Positions 29,376 through 36,623 of a stretch of DNA of 39,913 nt are shown here, one piece after another. The position numbers and the translations under genes were made by a program. Where the stretch lies: assembly GCA_020861055.1 (NCBI GenBank), contig JAJBTD010000046.1, forward strand, positions 1-39,913, in the 5' to 3' direction. The DNA is from Clostridiales bacterium (lineage in GTDB: Bacteria > Bacillota > Clostridia > Oscillospirales > Oscillospiraceae). The notes below the pieces were generated by a model that saw only the letters and a program-made list of their open reading frames with translations, was not told the origin of the DNA and made no database searches. How positions within the stretch are numbered: position 1 is the first letter of the stretch; each line of letters opens with the position of its first letter.

Positions 29376-29410
29376 GTCTTACCTCCTGTATGATTTGATT
29401 TTATCCACAC

Positions 29411-29454
29411 GCCGTCCCCCGTCCCAATCTCCCGGTTCCGGTCGGGGGGACGGC
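29411..29454. other. Intergenic stem-loop between the MFS and GH3 genes
   Basis: GCCGTCCCCC/GGGGGACGGC arms. Confidence 0.55.
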
Positions 29455-29477
29455 AATGCTTCACAAAGGGGGGTGTT

Positions 29478-30917
29478 TTAGCCCTTCTTGCGGGCGGCGA
29501 TGGCGGCCTGCTCCTCGGGGAGGTTCTTCTCCACGGTGAACATGGCGATCAGCACGGCGCAGACGGCATAGGCCACCGTCTCAATCCAGATATAGCTGAT
29601 GCCGATGGTGGACTGGGTAGCGGCGGTCTGAGCGGTGGCAGTGGCGTCATAGCCAGAGCCCAGCAGAGCCATAAACACAGCGTTCATAATGGGGGTAGCG
29701 GCCACCATCAGGGAGCTGTAAATGCTCATGGTCAGGCCGTCGGTACGGATACCGCTCTTGAACTCGATGTGGTCGATGACGTCGGCCAGCATAGCCAGGA
29801 TCAGGTAGCAGGCAGGAGAGGAGCCCAGGCACTTGATGGCCACGCCGATGGCCACGGGGACGATGTTGGTGCCGCCCAGGCCGGCGATGATGCCGCCGAT
29901 GACGCCCACGATCTGGCCCACAAAGACCACCTTGGCCTTGCCGAACTTATTGGCCAGGGGAACCACAAAGACGGCGGCCACGGCCATAGGGATAGCGCCC
30001 ATAATGCTCAGCAGGGTCTGGGCCACGCCCCAGTCGCCGCCCAGGGGAGTGGCGTCCACCACCCACTGGCAGAAATAGCTCATGGAGCCGTTCTTGATGG
30101 CGCCGGACCACTGGAACACCATGTAGAACAGGATGATGACCCACCACCACTTCTCGCTGGTGACAGCCTTGAGCTGCTCGCCCAGAGGAGGTGCGGAGTT
30201 CTTCTGCTCCTCACCCTCGGTCATGCTCTCCTCAGTGACACGCTCACGGGTGAACTTGTACTGGAGGAAGATAGTCAGAGCGGAGAAAATGGCGATGGCC
30301 AGCATGACCAGGAGCCACATGTTCTGGTCGTTGCCCATGACGTTGGACACCAGGATTGGGAAGATCATGGAGCCCACGCCCATGACGCCCAGACCGGCGA
30401 TGTTGGTGAAGGAGGCCAGCGCGCCGCGATCCTGGCTGTTCCGGGTGGAGACAGCGATCATGGTGGAGTTGGCGGTGTTGTAGATGGGGTAGGCCACCGC
30501 ATAGTACAGGTTGTAGGCGATGGCGATCCAGACCATCTTGGCCATCTCGCTCTCGAAGGGGACGATGAACATGAGCAGGCTGCCGATGGACAGGGTCAGC
30601 GCGGACAGCAGCACCCAGGGACGGGCCTTACCGGCCAGGCAGTGGGTGCGCTCGATCAGCTGGCCCACGATCAGGTTGGCCGCCACGATGAGGATGGTGG
30701 AGACCACCTGGAGGATGGACAGGAAGCCGGTGTCCAGCAGGAGGACGTCGGTGAAGTACTTGTTCAGGAAGCTGGTGAAGATACCGGAGGACAGCAGGGC
30801 GCCAAAGGGGCCGACCAGGTAGCCCAGGAGCATCTCGGGCATTTTTACCCTGTCGGTCTTAATAGCGCTGCTTGTCAGAGGTGTGCTCCAGAAGCCGCCC
30901 TTTTCGTTTTTGCTCAT
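29478..30917 (-). CDS. GPH-family (MelB-like) MFS glycoside:cation symporter
   Basis: About 12 TM segments; GKARPW, TRERV, LADVIDHIEFKSGIRTDG motifs. Confidence 0.9.
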   Translation of the reverse strand: MSKNEKGGFWSTPLTSSAIKTDRVKMPEMLLGYLVGPFGALLSSGIFTSFLNKYFTDVLLLDTGFLSILQVVSTILIVAANLIVGQLIERTHCLAGKARPWVLLSALTLSIGSLLMFIVPFESEMAKMVWIAIAYNLYYAVAYPIYNTANSTMIAVSTRNSQDRGALASFTNIAGLGVMGVGSMIFPILVSNVMGNDQNMWLLVMLAIAIFSALTIFLQYKFTRERVTEESMTEGEEQKNSAPPLGEQLKAVTSEKWWWVIILFYMVFQWSGAIKNGSMSYFCQWVVDATPLGGDWGVAQTLLSIMGAIPMAVAAVFVVPLANKFGKAKVVFVGQIVGVIGGIIAGLGGTNIVPVAIGVAIKCLGSSPACYLILAMLADVIDHIEFKSGIRTDGLTMSIYSSLMVAATPIMNAVFMALLGSGYDATATAQTAATQSTIGISYIWIETVAYAVCAVLIAMFTVEKNLPEEQAAIAARKKG

Positions 30918-30944
30918 TTTGCTTCATTTCCTTTCTGTTTTCTG

Positions 30945-30998
30945 GGAGCCGGGGACTCCAGAGGCCGGGTGCACTCCGGCCTCTGGAGCAGAGGCTCC
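30945..30998. other. Intergenic stem-loop between the GH78 and MFS genes
   Basis: Perfect 13-bp stem CTCCAGAGGCCGG/CCGGCCTCTGGAG with outer GGAGCC/GGCTCC pairing. Confidence 0.65.
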
Positions 30999-31062
30999 GG
31001 ATTTTGTTTGGAAGGGCCGTCAGGCTCTCCCAGCTTTACCTCTGATGAGGAGATAAACGATG

Positions 31063-33615
31063 TTATGCCTTGCAGGAGCAGGTATAGCTGCCGCTGCCGA
31101 AGGTCTTTTCCGTGCCGTCCGGGAGTACCAGCTGGCAGGTGGTCCCCACGGGGACGGTGACGGTGACGGTGAACACGTCCTTTTCCACCTTCCACTCCGA
31201 AGCGGCCACGCCGTAGGGGGTGCGGACAGAGCCCTTGGCCCAGGTCAGGCCGCCGCCCAGGAGGGGCTTCACACGGAAGGACTTGTAGCCCGCCTCCGTG
31301 GCCTCGATGCCCGCCACCCGGCGATAGAGGAAGTCGCCCACAGCGCCGCTGGCGTAGTGGTTATAGGAGATCATCATGTCGGTGCCGTCGTCTCCGATGG
31401 GGCACTGGCCGTTCTCGTCCAGGCCGTCCCACCGCTCCCAGATGGTGGTGGCTCCCATCTTGACCTCGTACAGCCAGGAGGGGCACTTGGTGTTCATCAG
31501 CATCTTGTAGGCCACATCCGCCCGGCCGTTGTCCGCCAGGGCAAAGAGGATGTAGGGGGTGCCGGGGAAGCCGGTGCCGATGCAGTAGTCGTTCTTCTCC
31601 ACCAGGGCCACCAGATTCTCGGTGGCCTTGTCCTGGGTGGCCTTGTCCGGGAACATATTCAGGTAGATGGGCAGGACGTAGGCGGTCTGGAACTCCTCCA
31701 GCAGCTTGCCGTTGCCGTCGGTGAGGACGGAGCAGTAGGCGTCCGCCGTCTTGTCGCTCAGGTCACGGTAATAGGCGGCGTCCTCCTTCTCCCCCAAAAT
31801 CTCCGCCACCTTGGCGACGATGTCGCTGGTGTTGCGGAGGGAGGCGGTGCCCGTCCACTTGACGCGGGCCTGCCACTGGCTCATCTGGGGCACGTCCGGG
31901 GCGATCCAGTCGCCAAAGGCCAGCACGCCGGGCACGTTCCAGATGTAGCGGTTCTTGCCGAAGCCGAAGCTGCACCAGAACTTGCTTGCCTTCACATATT
32001 TCTTCATGGAGGGGTACATCTTCCGCAGCAACTCCACGTCGCCCCTGGCCTGGTACTCCGCCCAGGGCACCAGGATGCAGGCGTCGTCCCACCAGGCCAC
32101 CGCCATATTGGGCATGGTGGCCGGGAAGCCGTAGCCCTGGACGGGGACGGTGTTGGGGAGTCCGCCGCTGGGCAGCTGCTCTACCTTCACATCCAGCAGC
32201 CACTTCTCCAGGAACCGGCTGATGTCGAAGTTATAGCAGCCGGTGGGGGCGAACACGGCGATGTCCCCCGTCCAGCCCATCCGCTCGTCCCGCTGGGGAC
32301 AGTCGGTGGGGATGTCCATGAAGTTGGACTTCGCGCCCCACTCGATGTTCTTCTGGAGGCGGTTGAGCATGTCGTTGGAGCAGGAGAAGCTGCCGGTAGT
32401 CTCCACGTCGGAGTACAGTGCCAGGGCGGAGATGTCGATCTCGTCCTGGTCCACGCCCTCCACGCTGATGTACTGGAAGCCCATATAGGTCATCCGGGGG
32501 GAGTAGGTCTGCACGCCGTCCACGCAGGTATAGGTGGCGGTGGCCTTGGCGGTGCGGAGGAAGGCCACGTTCAGGGTGCCGTCCGGGTTCAAAATCTCGG
32601 CGTGCTTGACGGTGATGACCTGGCCCCTCTTGCCGTTTACGGTGAACTTCACCACACCGGCGAAGTTCTGGCCGAAGTCATAAATCAGCTCACCAGAGGG
32701 CAGCTTGTTGCAGGAGACAGGCTTAAACTCCTCATGGGCCCGGACAGGCGCGCCGTAGTCCGCCATGATGTCGGGATGCACCCGCAGGGTCTCCTTCGCC
32801 GCCTTGCGCCAGGTGGCCTTGCTCAGATCCACCGTGGCATCGTAGGTCTCGCCGTCGTAGATGTCGGGCATGCGGTAATTGCCGTCCTCGGTGACCTCCC
32901 AGCTGCCGTCGGTGCCGACGACCTCCTGGCTGCCGTCGGCGTAGGTGACCCGCAGCTCCAGGAGCAGGGCCTGCCGGTCGGCGGTGATCCGGTTCTTCCG
33001 GGTAAAGACGAAGGAGCCCACGGCCCAGCCGCCGCCCACGTCCACCAGGATGATGTCGTCGCCGGTGAGCATACCGGTGACGTCGTAGGTCTGATACTGG
33101 AGATGGGTCTTGTAGGAGGTGAAGCCGGGGGCGAAGTACTGGTCGCCCACCTTCTCGCCGTTGATGGTCAGCTCATAGATGCCCATGGCGGTGGCGTAGA
33201 TCTTGGCGGAGGCGATCTTGCCCTTGGCCTGGAAGACCTTGCGGAAGGTCATGGGGATGGGAGATACCTTTTCCTCGGTAAAGGAGTAGCCGGGGTCGCT
33301 GATCCACTCCCCCTTCCAGGGAGTGCCCATACGGCCGGTCTCAAAGGTGAGGGCGGCGGTGGCCTGCTCCCCGGTGCTGGCCGTCACGGTCAGCTCCACA
33401 GGATAGTCGGTGAAGGGCTTCAGAGCGGGGCCGCCATAGTGGATGCCGATCTGGCTGTCCACTGTGGTCTCCCAGTCCCCCACCTTCAGAACCGCCTCCT
33501 TCATGGTGACGCCGCTGCCGTCGCTGTCCAGAGCGAAAGCGAACCGGGGCTGTGCCTCATCGGTGACGCAGCCTTTCGTCAGGTTCTCCACGGTGAATCT
33601 GCTGATAGTTAACAT
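31063..33615 (-). CDS. GH78 alpha-L-rhamnosidase (no signal peptide)
   Basis: DFGQNFAG, PTDCPQRDERMGWTGD, FGDW, GATTIWERW, SYNHY. Confidence 0.95.
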   Translation of the reverse strand: MLTISRFTVENLTKGCVTDEAQPRFAFALDSDGSGVTMKEAVLKVGDWETTVDSQIGIHYGGPALKPFTDYPVELTVTASTGEQATAALTFETGRMGTPWKGEWISDPGYSFTEEKVSPIPMTFRKVFQAKGKIASAKIYATAMGIYELTINGEKVGDQYFAPGFTSYKTHLQYQTYDVTGMLTGDDIILVDVGGGWAVGSFVFTRKNRITADRQALLLELRVTYADGSQEVVGTDGSWEVTEDGNYRMPDIYDGETYDATVDLSKATWRKAAKETLRVHPDIMADYGAPVRAHEEFKPVSCNKLPSGELIYDFGQNFAGVVKFTVNGKRGQVITVKHAEILNPDGTLNVAFLRTAKATATYTCVDGVQTYSPRMTYMGFQYISVEGVDQDEIDISALALYSDVETTGSFSCSNDMLNRLQKNIEWGAKSNFMDIPTDCPQRDERMGWTGDIAVFAPTGCYNFDISRFLEKWLLDVKVEQLPSGGLPNTVPVQGYGFPATMPNMAVAWWDDACILVPWAEYQARGDVELLRKMYPSMKKYVKASKFWCSFGFGKNRYIWNVPGVLAFGDWIAPDVPQMSQWQARVKWTGTASLRNTSDIVAKVAEILGEKEDAAYYRDLSDKTADAYCSVLTDGNGKLLEEFQTAYVLPIYLNMFPDKATQDKATENLVALVEKNDYCIGTGFPGTPYILFALADNGRADVAYKMLMNTKCPSWLYEVKMGATTIWERWDGLDENGQCPIGDDGTDMMISYNHYASGAVGDFLYRRVAGIEATEAGYKSFRVKPLLGGGLTWAKGSVRTPYGVAASEWKVEKDVFTVTVTVPVGTTCQLVLPDGTEKTFGSGSYTCSCKA

Positions 33616-33688
33616 AAGTTCCTCCTATTCCTGTGCACAGTGATTGTTTCAGGGCGTCCGGGCAGGCCATCCCCCTTTGCTTGCGCAC

Positions 33689-33756
33689 ATTATACAACAC
33701 TTTTTACAAATCGTTCACACGAATTGCACAATCCGTTGATTTTGCCGCATAATCCG
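33689..33756 (-). promoter_or_regulatory. Activator-type promoter with candidate LytTR direct repeats
   Basis: -10 TATAAT (33694-33689) with a poor -35; + strand GCACAATCCG (33726-33735) and GCATAATCCG (33747-33756) repeat at a 21-bp period. Confidence 0.55.
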
Positions 33757-33875
33757 AAAATCGTTTTGGACAAACTGTCTAAATCGAAGGGTTGAAACTT
33801 TAGCAAAATGCCAGTCCCTTGATTGCGGGGACTGGCACAGGCCGGAAGCCGTCCCTGGCCTGGCCGACTTACCTT

Positions 33876-35204
33876 TTATCCTTTGTTTTTTTCTTCCTTC
33901 AACGGGATGAGGATGCGCAGCTCGCACCACCCGACGGAGGCTCTGCCGGTGGCGCGGCCGCCAGCATTCTCCGGCGTCCGGCAGATACTTTTCAGGCCGT
34001 AGCCGTGGAGGCGGGTATCCTTTTTGGTGGTCAGAGGCAGTCCCTTTTTGACTGTCAAATCCTCGTCGCAGCGATTTTCCACACGGATGCGGAGGAACCC
34101 CTTCTGCACCGCCACTGACAGATGGATCAGCCGCTGCTCCGGGTCGGAGAGCTTGCTCACGCTCTCGATAGCGTTGTCCAGGGCGTTGCCGAACAGGGCG
34201 CTGAGGTCCATCACGTCCATAAAGTCCAGGGCCTTGCCGTCGGCAACGCAGGTGAGCTCAATGCCGTGGTTCTGGCAGTAGACGCTCTTTCCCGTCAGGA
34301 TGGTATCCAGGACCTCGTTGCCCGTCTTGTTCTGGGCCTCATAGGCTTTGATCTCCTGCTCCATCTGATCCAGGTATTCCAGCTTCTGTCCCGTGCCGAC
34401 CTCCGCCCGGAGAACGGCGATCTGATGCTTCAGGTCGTGGTACTTCTGGTTCACCAGATCGACAGACTCCTGGCTCAGCCGGTAGTTGGCATACTGCATA
34501 TCCAGCATATTCTGGAGGGCTGCGACCTCTGTCCGGGCGTGGGCGTCGCAGAGCTGCAAATGCAGTCCGTAGAGGATGGCCACCCCTCCCAAATAGACGA
34601 TGGTCCGGATGTTGAACGCCTCGGCGTAGGTAGTGCCGCTGAAAGGCGTCTCGGTGCTGGAAAAGCTCAGGCTGCTGAAAATATAGATGAACAGGGCGAT
34701 GAGCACCGCGATGCCGCAGGCCGTGGGCGTCACCTCCATCTCCCGGTCTACCTCCCGGTGGCTCCGCTCCAGACAGCTCATGAGGGCGATGACGACGATG
34801 CAGATGGGCAGCATAAAGACGGCCTCCCACACCAGCGACCCCAATGCCGGGAACAGGTCCGCAAAATAGACGTACAGCTGCCAGCCCAGAGAGCACATAA
34901 ACGCCCCCAGGATGAAGGCGCGGGCACAGTAGTAGATGCGGTTCTCCCACCAGGTCTGATTGAGCACGGCGAAGGGAAGGGCGGTCAGCGCCGCCATGCC
35001 TATCATGCCCACGTTGAACGCCATGCCGTCCAGATCGACGACGAGAGCCATATAGCCCATCTGGAGCGCCAGCTGCACGGCGGAGGCCACCCAAAACCTC
35101 CAGCCCTCCAAACGCTTGGGCAAGGAGGTCACATACAGCAGTCCCGCCATCCAGTGGGCCAGAGCCGTCCAATAGAATGGGATGTTCTGCTCTACCCCGG
35201 TCAT
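33876..35204 (-). CDS. Membrane sensor histidine kinase (AgrC/HPK10-like, GHKL domain)
   Basis: Multiple TM segments, H-box KYHDLKHQI, N-box GNALDNAIE, HGYGL. Confidence 0.9.
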   Translation of the reverse strand: MTGVEQNIPFYWTALAHWMAGLLYVTSLPKRLEGWRFWVASAVQLALQMGYMALVVDLDGMAFNVGMIGMAALTALPFAVLNQTWWENRIYYCARAFILGAFMCSLGWQLYVYFADLFPALGSLVWEAVFMLPICIVVIALMSCLERSHREVDREMEVTPTACGIAVLIALFIYIFSSLSFSSTETPFSGTTYAEAFNIRTIVYLGGVAILYGLHLQLCDAHARTEVAALQNMLDMQYANYRLSQESVDLVNQKYHDLKHQIAVLRAEVGTGQKLEYLDQMEQEIKAYEAQNKTGNEVLDTILTGKSVYCQNHGIELTCVADGKALDFMDVMDLSALFGNALDNAIESVSKLSDPEQRLIHLSVAVQKGFLRIRVENRCDEDLTVKKGLPLTTKKDTRLHGYGLKSICRTPENAGGRATGRASVGWCELRILIPLKEEKNKG

Positions 35205-35911
35205 TTGCCGACCTCGTTGATGTAGTTGTTCAGCGCGTCCAGAAAGGCCTTCTTCTTGGAACGGCTGATTTGAACCTCTTCCCCATTCACCACGGCGTTA
35301 TCTCCCCGGATGGCGTCTACCCGCTCCAGGTTGACCAGGTAGCCCTTGTTGCACCGGAAGAACATTTTTTTGTCCACGCTGTCCTCCACGTCCTTCATGG
35401 CTCCGGTGGAGGTGATGTCCCCGTCCAGCGTGTGATAGGTCAGCTTGTGACCGTCCACCTCCACATAGCAGATACGGGACAGCTCCAGCTTCTGGGCGCC
35501 GTTCTTCCCGCCCACATAGAGGTAGCGGTGGCTCCGGCGCTGCATCCGGGCCAGCGCCCGGTCGATACGCTGGGAGAAGGCATAATAGGAGATGGGCTTG
35601 AGCACATAGTCCAGGGCATCCACCGCGTAACCCTTGATGGCGTACTGGGGCATATTGGTGATAAAGATGATGACCACCTCTTTATCCAGCTTTCGGATCT
35701 CCTCCGCCGCCGTCATGCCGTCCATAAAGCCCATCTCGATGTCCAGCAGGATAATGTCGTATTCCGCTTTATAGCCCACGGCGATCTCGTCCCCGTCGGA
35801 GAAGCAGGTGACGACCAGCTTTTCCCCGGTAGATTTCTCATACCGGGCCAGATAGTCCTTTAATTGCTCTGTGTAAATAGGGTCGTCTTCTACCACTGCG
35901 ATCCGTATCAT
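35201..35911 (-). CDS. LytTR-family response regulator
   Basis: VVEDD, LLDIEM, YVLKP receiver domain; FFRCNKGYLVNL LytTR domain; 4-nt overlap with the kinase gene. Confidence 0.95.
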   Translation of the reverse strand: MIRIAVVEDDPIYTEQLKDYLARYEKSTGEKLVVTCFSDGDEIAVGYKAEYDIILLDIEMGFMDGMTAAEEIRKLDKEVVIIFITNMPQYAIKGYAVDALDYVLKPISYYAFSQRIDRALARMQRRSHRYLYVGGKNGAQKLELSRICYVEVDGHKLTYHTLDGDITSTGAMKDVEDSVDKKMFFRCNKGYLVNLERVDAIRGDNAVVNGEEVQISRSKKKAFLDALNNYINEVGK

Positions 35912-36178
35912 GCCCCGTCCGTCCCCCTCTCACGCCGCACTCTGCGCAAGCAGCATTGTCAATCACGGCAGTTTTTCAGCCTAAGATACATTCCTTTTTT
36001 GTTATTTTAATGCCTTTTGTCCTCGCCGTCAAGCCATTTTGTCGTCTTTTTCAAAACACGCAAAAAAAGTCAGGTGTACAGCTTCCCCGGATGGAGCCGC
36101 AATTCGTCTCCCATTTCGTGCGGCCGCGCAGGGAATACCGCGCCGAGACAACATTTTCTGATGTGAGGGGCGCAATTG

Positions 36179-36207
36179 GAATAAATCCCTTCCTCATGAG
36201 GAAAATA
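36179..36207 (+). promoter_or_regulatory. Candidate sigma-G/sigma-F (forespore) promoter of the small ORF-recombinase cassette
   Basis: GAATA-17 bp-GAAAATA resembles the B. subtilis sigG/sigF consensus. Confidence 0.35.
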
Positions 36208-36236
36208 ACGGCAACAGAGAGGAGCCGTGATAACAC

Positions 36237-36500
36237 TTGGAGATCAATGTACGAGATGACATGAAGCTGGTTGATATCTGGCTGACCAATACGGAAAAAG
36301 ACGACCCGGAGATTCAAACGCAGCTCAGGGAGCTCTATGGAAAGTACAGGAAGAATCACTGTCTTGTGGCGGTCTACCAGTCCGGCAGCCGCAGTCTCTA
36401 CGAGGACACGCTGGCCCTGCTTGTCTGCAACAAAGGGCGGGCGGCAGAGCTGGATGTGCAGCGGTCGAAGCGGAAGCATACCGCCGCAGCGGAGGGCTGA
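36237..36500 (+). CDS. Small hypothetical protein upstream of the recombinase (candidate directionality/accessory factor)
   Basis: 87 aa, TTG start after GAGGAG; co-oriented with and 123 nt upstream of the recombinase. Confidence 0.75.
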   Translation: MEINVRDDMKLVDIWLTNTEKDDPEIQTQLRELYGKYRKNHCLVAVYQSGSRSLYEDTLALLVCNKGRAAELDVQRSKRKHTAAAEG

Positions 36501-36623
36501 CCGGCGTCGGGAGCGGGCCCTCTCCCCCACTTCCCTTTTTCGTGGTCGTAATCTGCAAAGGAAGGGTATACAATGTGATCTATAATGGCGAAATTGCGAT
36601 AGATAAGGAGGAACAGGTGCAAT

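Noticed and set aside
29401-29409. Perfect DnaA box TTATCCACA
   Set aside because: Isolated single copy with no box cluster, AT-rich unwinding element or dnaA nearby; compatible with chance
19187-36236. Accessory block as cargo of a prophage or ICE belonging to the recombinase
   Set aside because: No phage, conjugation or replication genes and no left att or 5' spoVT fragment found at its boundaries; linkage is unsupported
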